The translations under genes and the position numbers were made by a program. Shown here piece by piece: positions 19,848 to 29,983 of a stretch of 64,000 nucleotides of DNA. The stretch is from assembly GCA_965199825.1 (NCBI GenBank), contig OZ241329.1, positions 1-64,000 of the forward strand, given 5' to 3'. Every line of letters starts with the position of its first letter. Position 1 is the first letter of the stretch. The notes beneath the pieces are model-generated. The model saw only the letters and a program-made list of their open reading frames with translations, did not search any database and was not told where the DNA came from. Origin of the DNA: Bdellovibrionales bacterium (GTDB lineage Bacteria > Bdellovibrionota > Bdellovibrionia > Bdellovibrionales > UBA1609).

Positions 19848-20509
19848 AAATTCCAAGAAAGCTTAATAAGATCTTTGGTCTCAATCGGACTCAAAGTATA
19901 AGCATAAATAATATCTATTTGCTGAAGAAATTTTCGCTTGATTTCAAAACCCACCGCCTTTTGCTCGCTTTGGTAAGACAAGGAAGCATCAGCTAAACCC
20001 TTATAAGACAGCGCAGCACTTGAATCGGCCGCACGCAACTGCACCTGAAATCGATTTTGAAACCCTGCGGTTTTAAACCATGGAATATCTGCGGCAAGCG
20101 CATTGGAAGGCAAACCCTTTTGGGCTTTTTGATCATCGGTTTGATCATCAATTGATTCTTGAATGGTGTGCTTGAGAAGTCGCACGCTTAATGATGAGGG
20201 ATCCTGAATTCCCTGAACATCAGGGGTTATAAATTTTTGGGCATCAAACTTTTTTGGTTTACGCTTTTTAATTTCTTTTTGAATGCTTTGGATTCCTGGA
20301 ATATCAATGATCAGTTCACCATTTGAATTGGTTGAGAATAAAGCATGTTCTTTTAATGGCGTAGGATGAAGCTCGGTGGGCACATGGCTCAGCTGTCGTA
20401 CAAATTCAAGGGTGGTCGAGGCCTCATAGGTAAAGGGTGCCGGAGCGTCATGAATCACCATCACATCGGCATGGGCTGAAATTAAATATATAAAATAGAC
20501 CAGGTGCAT
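19844..20509 (-). CDS. Secreted or outer-membrane hypothetical protein
   Basis: Signal peptide; C-terminal beta strands ending LSWNF. Confidence 0.65.
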   Translation of the reverse strand: MHLVYFIYLISAHADVMVIHDAPAPFTYEASTTLEFVRQLSHVPTELHPTPLKEHALFSTNSNGELIIDIPGIQSIQKEIKKRKPKKFDAQKFITPDVQGIQDPSSLSVRLLKHTIQESIDDQTDDQKAQKGLPSNALAADIPWFKTAGFQNRFQVQLRAADSSAALSYKGLADASLSYQSEQKAVGFEIKRKFLQQIDIIYAYTLSPIETKDLIKLSWNF

Positions 20510-20515
20510 ATCTCT

Positions 20516-20542
20516 CTATCGGACATTTATGAGGGTCATTGA
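20516..20542 (-). promoter_or_regulatory. Putative sigma28/FliA promoter
   Basis: Minus strand TCAA-N15-TCCGATAG, 6 nt before the ATG. Confidence 0.5.
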
Positions 20543-20634
20543 AGGCGAGGTCCTGTATATTATTTTTTCACTTGGATCCCCAATTTGAAAGTCCTGAACT
20601 GTATTTCTCGATCGACCTTTGATAAGAAGTTTTT

Positions 20635-20994
20635 ATGCTTCTTTTGTTTATCACCAGCATCTGGATGAGCCTCGCCTGCCCACTGGACGTTATCGTGCTG
20701 CCTGCGCGCATCCAAAAACATTTGATCGAATACCAAGTTCTAAAAAGCAGCATACCAGTTGCAGGCCTAAACTTGATTGGCGAAGACGATGTTTACCGGC
20801 AAGTGATTGAAGCGGTTATTTATTCCAAAATCAGTGAGCTAATCAATCAGACCTCTGAGCTTGATCCCAATCAAAAAGCTCTGTTGGCTAGTTATTTTTG
20901 GGCTGACATCCAAAAAACAAATTTTGAAGAAAACTATCCAGATGTGTGGAAGAAATTTTCAAATCAATTGAGCGATGCCATTTTACCTGAGTAA
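20635..20994 (+). CDS. Small secreted hypothetical protein
   Basis: Signal peptide; fills the gap between flanking genes. Confidence 0.55.
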   Translation: MLLLFITSIWMSLACPLDVIVLPARIQKHLIEYQVLKSSIPVAGLNLIGEDDVYRQVIEAVIYSKISELINQTSELDPNQKALLASYFWADIQKTNFEENYPDVWKKFSNQLSDAILPE

Positions 20995-21800
20995 CAAACA
21001 GCTCTATAAAATCCCAGATTTCGTAAAGCTGCAGTCACCGCCGCACTTTTGATTCCATCATCCGAGAGGACATAGATTTTATCACTTAACAAAAATCCCA
21101 CACCTTTTAATTTTTTAAGCATCGATTTTTCAACCCGACCTTCGGAGTCCAAAAATTCCTTCCAAAAAATATCGATCGCACCATAATCCATCTGAGCGGA
21201 CTTCAAATATTCAGGGGCTGATCGCACATCAATCACTTTGATATCCTGGGCACGAGGATGATCCTTGGGCAAGATGTTTTCAAATAATTTTTGTTTATTT
21301 ACCACCAGATCGTCTTTAAGTACAAGCCCATTCGATTTCGAATTCTCTCGTGGGTTTGGAGTCTGCTGCACCTGAGTTTTAAAATGCTTTAATCCAACAA
21401 AATGAACGTTTTCAACACCAAGCCACATCAGGGTCCACGCTAGCCGTCCTTCATCCCCCTCACCCGCTAATCCTTTTCCGATCACCACCACCGGAGTTTT
21501 GGGACCAATCCCAAATAAAGTAAGTCGACGGTGATACGTTTTAATATCAGTGCCGACCTCATTGTTTTTTTGAGCGAAATCTTGCCAGTCCATCCAATAG
21601 GAATTTGGCACATGGGCAAGTGCATACTCAAATTTTGGCCGGGCATCGATCAACAGAGTGTCCTCGGTAATGGCAAAAGGTTTAGGCTCTGCGATCAAGG
21701 GATAGATCCGATTTTCAGAAGTCGCGGTTGGCTTTTGGGCACAACCACAAATCAACAATAAAACAATTAACGTTTTTTGGATTTTTTGGGCATTTCGCAT
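20964..21800 (-). CDS. Tandem rhodanese/sulfurtransferase-like lipoprotein
   Basis: LIDAR, HVP, IDVRS..EY; lipobox ICGC; no Cys at the usual catalytic position (YVLSDDG). Confidence 0.8.
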   Translation of the reverse strand: MRNAQKIQKTLIVLLLICGCAQKPTATSENRIYPLIAEPKPFAITEDTLLIDARPKFEYALAHVPNSYWMDWQDFAQKNNEVGTDIKTYHRRLTLFGIGPKTPVVVIGKGLAGEGDEGRLAWTLMWLGVENVHFVGLKHFKTQVQQTPNPRENSKSNGLVLKDDLVVNKQKLFENILPKDHPRAQDIKVIDVRSAPEYLKSAQMDYGAIDIFWKEFLDSEGRVEKSMLKKLKGVGFLLSDKIYVLSDDGIKSAAVTAALRNLGFYRAVCYSGKMASLN

Positions 21801-21961
21801 TTGTCGTTATCGCCAAGCTTTTTTGGAGGTTCGCATTCAGGAACTTTTTTTTCATTACCCGCTTTTGCTTCAAGCGGCGGAGATTTAATCGCCCAATCAA
21901 AACCGAAATAAATCGACAAAACGAATAGGGCTTTTAAAATAGGATGATTGATCAATTTCAT
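21767..21961 (-). CDS. Small hypothetical membrane or secreted protein
   Basis: ATGA overlap with the lysS stop; hydrophobic N-terminus. Confidence 0.5.
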   Translation of the reverse strand: MKLINHPILKALFVLSIYFGFDWAIKSPPLEAKAGNEKKVPECEPPKKLGDNDKCEMPKKSKKR

Positions 21962-23436
21962 GACTTTATCCTCATGGTTGGAAAGAATAAAATATCTCGA
22001 ATGCTATTTTGATTTGTTAACAACATCACAAGCCGCTCGATCCCTAAGCCAACACCACCAGTGGGAGGCATTCCTGTGTCTATCGCATGCAAAAAGTCTT
22101 TGTCCATCGGTTGAGCCTCAAGATCGACCATGCGCTGGGCTTCTTGTTCTTGCATTCGGCTGCGCTGATCTTCGGGGTCATTTAATTCTGTATAGGCATT
22201 GCCGATTTCCATATTGGCAATCATTGGCTCAAATCTTTCGACCAATCGCTTTTCGGTGCGGTGAGATTTTGTCAATGGCGACACCTCAAGCGGAAAATCT
22301 GTAATCAAGGTGGGATCCCATAAATGCTTTTCGACCAGGTGTTCAAATGCGAGCATCACCATTGAGCCGTGCGACGGATTGGGTTGCACATCAATCTCGA
22401 GCGACTTTAATTTTTCGCTTAATTGCGAAGAATTGAGTTCATAAGGATCAAATCCGCCGTACTCTTTAACTCCGTCACGAACAGTCAGCCGTCTCCAGGG
22501 TGGAGTCAGATCAATCTCACGATCTTGATAAATAATTTTTGTTGAGCCACAAATTTTTTGAGCTACCGTTGAAACAAGCTCTTCGAATTGCTTCATCTGA
22601 TCGTTATAGTCGGTGTAGGCCTCATACCACTCAAGCATGGTAAATTCGGGATTGTGGGTGCGGTCGATTCCCTCGTTACGAAAATTTTTGCCAATTTCGT
22701 AAACCTTTTCAAATCCGCCAACAATCAAACGTTTAAGATAAAGCTCAGGCGAAATTTTTAAGAACAGCTTCATGTCTAGAGCTTTATGGTGAGTCGAAAA
22801 AGGATGGGCTGCAGCTCCGCCGTAAATGGGCTGGAGGGCTGGTGTTTCGACCTCTAAAAATCCGCGATGATCCAAAAAATTTCTGACTTCACGAATAATT
22901 TTTGAGCGGGTCTCAAAAACTTTTCGCACGTCGGGATCCATAATCAGATCGAGGTGGCGATGGCGATACTTAATTTCGATATCGGCAAGCCCATGATATT
23001 TTTCGGGCAAGGGTTCAAGGGTTTTACAGAGCATAAATAAATTTTCGACATGAATCGACAGCTCACCTTTTTTTGTACGAAAGGGATAACCCTCAACACC
23101 GATAATATCTCCAATATCAAGATGGGCAAATACCACGCGGGCCGACTCGGGCAAATCCTGCAGACGCAAATAGGCTTGAACATTTTCGCTCTGATCTTGA
23201 AAATTAAAAAATGCGGCTTTGCCCATATCCCGACGGGTCATTAAGCGACCCGCAAGCATAAACTTATTTTGTTTACTCTCTTCGCCGTCTTTAAGATTTT
23301 CAAATTCTTGATGGATGAGGCTAATCACCGCAGAGCGCTTAAACTCATGGGGAAAAGGATCAAGTCCTAATTTTTTAAATTCATGAAGCTTGCGGCGCTT
23401 TTCGGCCCGTATCGGATTTTCGCGTTCATCGGTCAT
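21958..23436 (-). CDS. lysS: Lysine--tRNA ligase (class II)
   Basis: ISPELYLKRL, FRNEG, HNPEFTMLE, GMPPTGG motifs. Confidence 0.97.
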   Translation of the reverse strand: MTDERENPIRAEKRRKLHEFKKLGLDPFPHEFKRSAVISLIHQEFENLKDGEESKQNKFMLAGRLMTRRDMGKAAFFNFQDQSENVQAYLRLQDLPESARVVFAHLDIGDIIGVEGYPFRTKKGELSIHVENLFMLCKTLEPLPEKYHGLADIEIKYRHRHLDLIMDPDVRKVFETRSKIIREVRNFLDHRGFLEVETPALQPIYGGAAAHPFSTHHKALDMKLFLKISPELYLKRLIVGGFEKVYEIGKNFRNEGIDRTHNPEFTMLEWYEAYTDYNDQMKQFEELVSTVAQKICGSTKIIYQDREIDLTPPWRRLTVRDGVKEYGGFDPYELNSSQLSEKLKSLEIDVQPNPSHGSMVMLAFEHLVEKHLWDPTLITDFPLEVSPLTKSHRTEKRLVERFEPMIANMEIGNAYTELNDPEDQRSRMQEQEAQRMVDLEAQPMDKDFLHAIDTGMPPTGGVGLGIERLVMLLTNQNSIRDILFFPTMRIKS

Positions 23437-24362
23437 TGAGAATATTCTCCACTAAATATATCCATCGCGGTTTTTAAAAGTTGTATGGCTTCAGCTTTGG
23501 GTCGCTGAAAGGCGTTGCGGCCCATGATCGATCCAAAAGATCCACCCATTGCCATATCTTGAAGTTCTTGAAGTAAAACATCAGTAGTCTTTGGTTCCCC
23601 ACCAGAAAAAATCACGATGCGTTTGCCGTTAAAAGCCGCATCGATCACATGCCGAGTTCGCTCAGACAAGGTTTTTGTTCGGATGTGTTGGGATTCATAA
23701 ACTTTGCGCGCCTCGGGCTGTTCGATGTGTGCGGTGGGAGGTTTGACCTTGATGATTGTGGCCCCCAATTGCGCAGAGATATGGGCAGCATAAGCAACTA
23801 CGTCCACCGCAGTCTCGCCTTCTTTTGAAAGCTGCTCCCCGCGTGGATAGGCCCACATCACAACAGCAAGCCCCGCTTTTTTGGCGGTCAAAGTGAGATT
23901 TTGAATTTCTTCATACATTTGTTTTCGCTTGAGGCTTCCGGGATAAATTGTAAATCCGATTCCGACACAACCCAACCTCAACGCATCCTCAACATGCGCG
24001 GTCACCGCTGAAATTGGATCAGGCCCTGGTTTGTAAAGCGAATCCGAACTGTTTACTTTTAAGATCAAAGGAATCTCGCCGGCATAATCGCGCGCACATA
24101 GTTCTAGGGCACCAAGGGGTGCAGCATAAGCGCTGCATCCTGATTCAATCGCTAATTCCATGTGATACATCGGATCGTAGCCCGCGGGGTTTGCGGCAAA
24201 ACTTCTTGCGGGTCCATGTTCAAAACCTTGATCCACCGGAAGGATCACAAGTTTACCCGTACCTTGAAGTCGGCCGTAATTGAGCATGCGACTCAGATTT
24301 GTTAAAACGCCGCAATTTTCGCCGCCGTACCAACTTAAGATCTCTCTAACTCTTGGTGTCAT
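23433..24362 (-). CDS. fbaB: Class I fructose-bisphosphate aldolase (DhnA/FbaB type)
   Basis: ILPVDQGFEHGP, WAYPRG, IIKVK, GRNAFQR. Confidence 0.92.
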   Translation of the reverse strand: MTPRVREILSWYGGENCGVLTNLSRMLNYGRLQGTGKLVILPVDQGFEHGPARSFAANPAGYDPMYHMELAIESGCSAYAAPLGALELCARDYAGEIPLILKVNSSDSLYKPGPDPISAVTAHVEDALRLGCVGIGFTIYPGSLKRKQMYEEIQNLTLTAKKAGLAVVMWAYPRGEQLSKEGETAVDVVAYAAHISAQLGATIIKVKPPTAHIEQPEARKVYESQHIRTKTLSERTRHVIDAAFNGKRIVIFSGGEPKTTDVLLQELQDMAMGGSFGSIMGRNAFQRPKAEAIQLLKTAMDIFSGEYSQ

Positions 24363-24456
24363 AGTGTCAAGCCCCTCGCCTAGTTAAAGCGACGAACTTA
24401 ATGAAGGCGCGAAACGAAATCAACTTTATCTGCGAGTTGTGATAGCCAAATCATAA

Positions 24457-25683
24457 ATGTCCAACTTTTTTAGCAGTCGCTTTCGACCGTTTTATAATCG
24501 TAATTTTCGTTTATTTTTTGTTGTTCAATTATTTTCGATGATTGGGACGATGTCGCACGACCTTGCGCGCTCCTGGATCGTGATCGAATTGCTAGGTAAA
24601 GCAAGTGCACTTGGGACTTTGCAAATGTCGAGTGCTCTTCCCTCAGTGCTCATGATTTTGCAAGCCGGTGTGATCGTCGATCGCTCCGACGTGCGCGTGA
24701 TCATGATGGCAACAAAATCTTTTCTTGCGATCGTGGCGCTCGGTCTTGCGGTGATCACCGCATTTTATCATGTGGAATTTTGGCAGCTCTTGGTTTTTGG
24801 TATTATCGAAGGCTTAACTACTGCGTTTGATTCGCCAGCCTTTCAAGCCCTCACCGTACGTTTGGTTCCCCGCGAAGATTTTCAGCAAGCACTTGCTCTG
24901 AACTCCACCAACTTTCATGTGGCCCGAACCCTTGGGCCATTGGTTGCCGGATTGTTGATGGCATGGACCGGGCCCTCGGCGGTGTTTTTCTTTGATGGAT
25001 TGACCTATTTGGTATTGATTTTTGTTTTATTCAAATTGGATTTAGGAGCGGCACGGCTCAAAACGGTGAGAGCTCCCAATGCTCTTCGAACAGGTCTCTA
25101 CTATGCGTTCAGAACCCCTCAACTTCGCTATGCCCTTTTGCAATTGTTCAGCTCGATCGCATGTATTTATCCTTTATTGATTGTGATTTTTCGCACGTCA
25201 GTGAAAGAAAAATTTAATTTGGATGCTGCACATTTTGGTTATGTGTTTACGGTTCCCGCTATCGGTTCGGTGTGCGGCGCTTTGGCGTTTACAATCTTTA
25301 AACCCAAAAAACCGCTGCGCGCCCTTTTTATCGGAGTTCCTTTAAGTGTGATTGCTGTGGCACTTGAACCGTATGCCCCCAATTTGATTTTGACCGCGAT
25401 GTTGATGGGCCTGAGTGGGTTTTTTATGTATCTGACCTATGCGGCGCTCACCGTCTCACTCCAATTGGACGTGAGCGAAGAGTATCGTGGCCGTTTGGCA
25501 AGTCTTACCGGCCTTGGGTTTGTTGGACTTGGGCCGTTGATGGCTCTCCCGGTCGGCATGCTGAGCGATCATTTGGGTTCAAAAACCGCAATTGAAATTA
25601 TTGTTGTGATTTATCTGAGCCTTTCGGTTTTGCTATTTTTGTTACATCGAAAGACCCTACTTCGTGTTAAAGGTGAGTTATGA
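24457..25683 (+). CDS. MFS transporter (DHA3/MFS_3-like)
   Basis: About 12 TM segments; RNFRLFF, GVIVDR, YRGR motifs. Confidence 0.9.
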   Translation: MSNFFSSRFRPFYNRNFRLFFVVQLFSMIGTMSHDLARSWIVIELLGKASALGTLQMSSALPSVLMILQAGVIVDRSDVRVIMMATKSFLAIVALGLAVITAFYHVEFWQLLVFGIIEGLTTAFDSPAFQALTVRLVPREDFQQALALNSTNFHVARTLGPLVAGLLMAWTGPSAVFFFDGLTYLVLIFVLFKLDLGAARLKTVRAPNALRTGLYYAFRTPQLRYALLQLFSSIACIYPLLIVIFRTSVKEKFNLDAAHFGYVFTVPAIGSVCGALAFTIFKPKKPLRALFIGVPLSVIAVALEPYAPNLILTAMLMGLSGFFMYLTYAALTVSLQLDVSEEYRGRLASLTGLGFVGLGPLMALPVGMLSDHLGSKTAIEIIVVIYLSLSVLLFLLHRKTLLRVKGEL

Positions 25684-26222
25684 TTTTTTATGAAGCCACT
25701 CCCAATCCACAGGCAATGAAGTTTTTGTTAGGTCAGTCTTTTGGAGACGAGACCTTGCATATTGACGACTCGCTCCAAGCGGATCGATCGCCCTTGGCAA
25801 AAAAACTTTTTGGATTTCCGTGGATGTCTTCGGTGATGATCGGCCCTGATTTTGTGACCATCACAAAACAAGATTGGGTCAGCTGGGAAGTTTTGGCAGA
25901 ACCCTTATCCGAATTGATCAATGAACACATCGAAAGCGGCGAGCCATTGATGGTGCAAGGGGCCTCGGCTGTTGCGGGTTCTGAAAATGATTCTGAAATT
26001 GTTAAGAAAATTAAAATGGTTTTAGATAGCGAAATTCGCCCAGCGGTTGCAATGGATGGCGGCGATATTACTTTTGATCGTTTTGAAGACGGGAAGCTTC
26101 ATCTTCACATGCGTGGATCTTGTGCCGGGTGCCCCAGCGCCTCGATGACTTTAAAACAAGGGATTGAAACTCGCATGCAGGAATTATTTCCCGAAGTGAA
26201 AGAGGTCGTTTCCTCAATTTAG
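25680..26222 (+). CDS. NifU/Nfu Fe-S cluster carrier protein
   Basis: TPNP N-terminal domain; DGGD and GSCAGCPS. Confidence 0.92.
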   Translation: MIFYEATPNPQAMKFLLGQSFGDETLHIDDSLQADRSPLAKKLFGFPWMSSVMIGPDFVTITKQDWVSWEVLAEPLSELINEHIESGEPLMVQGASAVAGSENDSEIVKKIKMVLDSEIRPAVAMDGGDITFDRFEDGKLHLHMRGSCAGCPSASMTLKQGIETRMQELFPEVKEVVSSI

Positions 26223-27524
26223 CTAAAAACGATAAACCCCTTTGAGATCTAAAATTCGGGTGAGCTCTTCCAATGCGGTCAATGACTCTCTATAAAATTC
26301 AATATCACTCAAGTCTTTGAGTTCTAAGCGATCGCGGTAATGGCGGTTCACCCAACTTTCCAATTCGCTCGCCTTTTGTTCATTGAGTAAACAATTTTTA
26401 TTAACATGCACGAGCTCTTGCTCATTGAGCACCACTCTGAGCCTAAGGCAGGCGGGCCCTCCCCCATTGCTCATGCTCTGGCGCAAATCAAAATACTTAA
26501 TATTTTTGAAGGGAGATGAACGAAGGTAGTTTTTGACCGAAGCAATCTCTTCGCAATCTTGAGGGGCTACCAATAAGGTCTCACCACTTGGCAGAGTCAA
26601 AAGTTGTGAGTTAAAAAGATAAGATTTTACCGCATCCGCCAATGGTACCTGAAATTCACTCACACTTATTTGGTCGAGATCCACAAATTTTTTGATTTGC
26701 TCTATCACCTGATCCGAATCGCAAAAAGCCGACTCGTGATAAAATAGAGTGTTGAGGTTTCCAACCGCCACCACATCATTATGAAATGCTCCGTTATCGA
26801 TACATTGAGGATTTTGCTGAATAAAAATCGCGTTCTCAACCTGGTGAAGCCGAGCCACACTGAGGCTTGCCTCTTTGGTTTGGCGTGCCGGATATTTTTT
26901 GGGCAAAAGTTGATGGGGCGAGAGCGCTTCACGCCCATAGACAAAAAGCTCAAGACCTTTGTGGCCATAAGATGATGTGAGTCGTGTGTGATTGGCTGCA
27001 CCCTCATCGCCCAACGTGTCGGACCCCGATAACGGATCGTGATGAACGAAATGATCTTCGGATCGAAAAATGGATTTCAAAATTCGCGATGTGGTTTTTG
27101 ATTCGAGCGAGCGATGAAGTTTTTGATTGAGATTGGCCGGAGTCATATGAACTTTTTTATCAAAGCAATCCGCACTCGGCGACACGGTTGCCGCATTGGC
27201 GGTCCACATTGAAGAGGCCGAGGCACACGCCGCAAGCAATTCAGGATTTTTTTTAAAAGCGGTTTGGAGAATTTCGGCATCGGTGCCGATAAAGCCTAAG
27301 TTTTTGAGAGCTTCTATATCTGGCCGTTGCTGAGGCGGAAGGATTCCTTGTACAAAACCTAAATCCATCAAAGCCTTGGCTTTGCTTAGACCTTGAAGGG
27401 CTGCCTCTTTGGGATTCGAAATTGTATTGCGATGAGAGGTGGATGCGATATTTCCAAAAGACAGTCCGGCATAGCAATGGGTTGGACCAACCAGGCCATC
27501 AAAATTAGCTTCGACCGTTTTCAT
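26223..27524 (-). CDS. astB: N-succinylarginine dihydrolase
   Basis: NFDGLVGPTH, SMWTANAA, DEGAANH, FHNDV, NGGGPACLRLRV. Confidence 0.95.
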   Translation of the reverse strand: MKTVEANFDGLVGPTHCYAGLSFGNIASTSHRNTISNPKEAALQGLSKAKALMDLGFVQGILPPQQRPDIEALKNLGFIGTDAEILQTAFKKNPELLAACASASSMWTANAATVSPSADCFDKKVHMTPANLNQKLHRSLESKTTSRILKSIFRSEDHFVHHDPLSGSDTLGDEGAANHTRLTSSYGHKGLELFVYGREALSPHQLLPKKYPARQTKEASLSVARLHQVENAIFIQQNPQCIDNGAFHNDVVAVGNLNTLFYHESAFCDSDQVIEQIKKFVDLDQISVSEFQVPLADAVKSYLFNSQLLTLPSGETLLVAPQDCEEIASVKNYLRSSPFKNIKYFDLRQSMSNGGGPACLRLRVVLNEQELVHVNKNCLLNEQKASELESWVNRHYRDRLELKDLSDIEFYRESLTALEELTRILDLKGVYRF

Positions 27525-27533
27525 AATGGTGAT

Positions 27534-27767
27534 TTAGGATTTCTTTTTTCGAACCGGCTTTTTTATTTCGGGCGGGTCAAGGTCCACACCATTTTTTTCG
27601 GCAAGTTCGACAAGCGCCGCTTTTGCAAACTCGGTCATCGAAATCGCTTTTTCAAAAAACACCCGCTTATAATCTTCGGGCTTTGTGGTGTCGCGAAACT
27701 CTTTGGCCTGCTCGAACATGTTTGCACCAATCATTTGGCCAAGCTGGATCATATCTTTTAGCTTCAT
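27534..27767 (-). CDS. Small hypothetical protein
   Basis: GGGAG RBS; operon position. Confidence 0.65.
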   Translation of the reverse strand: MKLKDMIQLGQMIGANMFEQAKEFRDTTKPEDYKRVFFEKAISMTEFAKAALVELAEKNGVDLDPPEIKKPVRKKKS

Positions 27768-27778
27768 GGTGTGCTCCC

Positions 27779-29035
27779 TTATCTGATGGTTTTACATCCC
27801 ATATGTTCATCAACATATTCGGCTTCTGATTTATAAAATCCGTATACTGAGCCTTTGATCGTTTTCTGTTCTTCGCGAATGCGGATCACATCGGGTTTTA
27901 CTTTTACAATTTCCTTACAATACTCTTCGCTTTGTTTTTCGACAAATCGACAAGCACAGTACATCCGCGATCCGTAATGGCTGCCGATGCTGCCGAGGGA
28001 GGATTGATATTTGATCGCATTGATTTTTTGGCGGGGCACTGGGACAGCGGCCTCGTAGCCTTTTTTGACTAAAGGCTGATATTGAAGGTCAGCCATCAAA
28101 AGTTTTAAAAACTGTTCGGCATCAAACTGTTTATCGCGATCATTGGCCAAACGGACCACTATGGTTTTGAGTTCTGGAATCACAAATAAAAATTGGCCCC
28201 AATGTCCATTAGCAGAAAAGCTTGAGGCCGGCATATCGCCAGTCATCGCCAATCGGGGGCGCCAAAAAGATTTGAGCTTTAAAAAATCTCCAGCTCCCGA
28301 GGGCGAAACATTCAATAAGGTCGATACAAAGCCTGAGGGCTTAAGCAAGTATTGCCCCAACTTTAAAAGATCCTGTGCCGAAAGATACGACCACGCTCCA
28401 CCAATAAAAGTGCCCGAGGTGTCTTGTTCAAAAGTGGCATGAGAAATTTTTAAAGGATCAAACAGCAATTCCCAGGGAAGTTTGTTGTAACGGTTTTTGT
28501 CGTGAATCGCGTTCTTTAACACTCCCATCAAGGCTGTGGTGTCACCGGTCGAGTACGCAATGTTTTTACCAGGAGTATTTTTGATTTTATGGTGAACCAC
28601 AAACGAAAACATGTCGTCTCGGCCATCACCCGAAAGCATTTCGATCACCGAAGATTTGGTTTGATCGTCACCTTCGCCTTCGTATTCTTCGTTCCATTCG
28701 AGGCCACTGGCCCAACTCAAAAGATGATCAACCGTAATCTGGCAGGTTGGAAGTTTTAAGTCTGCGCCTAAACAAATACTATCCGAGGCTTTAAGGATTT
28801 TTTTATCGATCGCCGCACCAATAATCATGGCAGTCAGGCTTTTTGAAACCGACCACATCAGATGAGGTTGATCTGTTGACCAACCGCCTGCGGTTTTTTC
28901 CACCAAAGTTTTGCCGTCACGAACAACCAGCAGCACTTCGGTTTGGGGACCCCCTTTTTCATTTTTAAAAGCGAATTTTTCGGATAAAAATTCGCTAGCG
29001 ACAGCTAAATGAATAAATAAAAAGAGTCCGAGCAA
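27779..29035 (-). CDS. Serine hydrolase, beta-lactamase/AmpC-like family
   Basis: SVSK, YST and GHWGQ motifs; signal peptide. Confidence 0.88.
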   Translation of the reverse strand: MLGLFLFIHLAVASEFLSEKFAFKNEKGGPQTEVLLVVRDGKTLVEKTAGGWSTDQPHLMWSVSKSLTAMIIGAAIDKKILKASDSICLGADLKLPTCQITVDHLLSWASGLEWNEEYEGEGDDQTKSSVIEMLSGDGRDDMFSFVVHHKIKNTPGKNIAYSTGDTTALMGVLKNAIHDKNRYNKLPWELLFDPLKISHATFEQDTSGTFIGGAWSYLSAQDLLKLGQYLLKPSGFVSTLLNVSPSGAGDFLKLKSFWRPRLAMTGDMPASSFSANGHWGQFLFVIPELKTIVVRLANDRDKQFDAEQFLKLLMADLQYQPLVKKGYEAAVPVPRQKINAIKYQSSLGSIGSHYGSRMYCACRFVEKQSEEYCKEIVKVKPDVIRIREEQKTIKGSVYGFYKSEAEYVDEHMGCKTIR

Positions 29036-29977
29036 TCAAACTCCAGCTTTTCGAAGTTTCATATGGTAACGGCGGACGTAAATCACTAAGGGAGCTGCAA
29101 CATAAACGGTTGAGTACGCACCAAGGATCATACCAATCACCATTGTTTTGGCGAAATCAGCGATCACCCCGTGATCCATAATCCAAAGAGTCGCCACCGC
29201 AAGCATCGTCACACCAATCGTCAAAATCGTTCTTGAGAGACAATCATTGATCGAGCGGTTGATCACAAATTCAAAGGATTCATTACTGTAAACTTTTAGA
29301 TTTTCGCGCACACGATCAAAGATCACGATGGTGTCGTTGAGTGAATAACCAATCAGCGTGAGTAATGCGGCCATGGTTTGCACATTCACTTCCCAACCAA
29401 ACATCGAATAAATTCCGAGAGTGATCAGCGTATCGTGACAAAGACAAATCACCGCACCTGGGGCAAATTCATAATCAAAACGCAATCCCACATAAATCAA
29501 GATCACAAGAAGGCTATAAAACATGGCCAGCACACCATTGCGCTTAAGTTCGGCTCCCACTTGGGGGCCTACGGTGTCGATCCTGCGAATGTCGGGTTTT
29601 GCATTGGCAAATGTGGTTTGGATTCCGCCCTTGATTTTATCAATGGTTTTGTTGAGGTTGCGGTTTGTTTCTTCTTCGGTTTTTCCATGATCGAGACCAG
29701 TGCGGATCAACCATTCATTTGAGTTTCCACCAAAGCCTTGCACAAATGCATTTTTTAAACCGGCATCATCGGTAAATTTTCTGATGGCTTCGCTGTCTAC
29801 AGGTTTTTCAAATTTGACCTGAACTTCGGTGCCACCCGCAAAATCAATTCCGTAGTTAAATCCCTTAGTCCACATAAATCCGAGGGCAACAAATGTGAGC
29901 AAGGTCGAGAAAATCGCAAAGTATGCACCGGTGCGAAGAAAATTGTATTTTCCGGGATTGTGTTTTTGTTTTGCCAT
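29036..29977 (-). CDS. secF: Protein translocase subunit SecF
   Basis: GIDFAGG, VGPQVG, GYSLNDTIVIFDRVRE. Confidence 0.96.
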   Translation of the reverse strand: MAKQKHNPGKYNFLRTGAYFAIFSTLLTFVALGFMWTKGFNYGIDFAGGTEVQVKFEKPVDSEAIRKFTDDAGLKNAFVQGFGGNSNEWLIRTGLDHGKTEEETNRNLNKTIDKIKGGIQTTFANAKPDIRRIDTVGPQVGAELKRNGVLAMFYSLLVILIYVGLRFDYEFAPGAVICLCHDTLITLGIYSMFGWEVNVQTMAALLTLIGYSLNDTIVIFDRVRENLKVYSNESFEFVINRSINDCLSRTILTIGVTMLAVATLWIMDHGVIADFAKTMVIGMILGAYSTVYVAAPLVIYVRRYHMKLRKAGV

Positions 29978-29983
29978 GATCAA

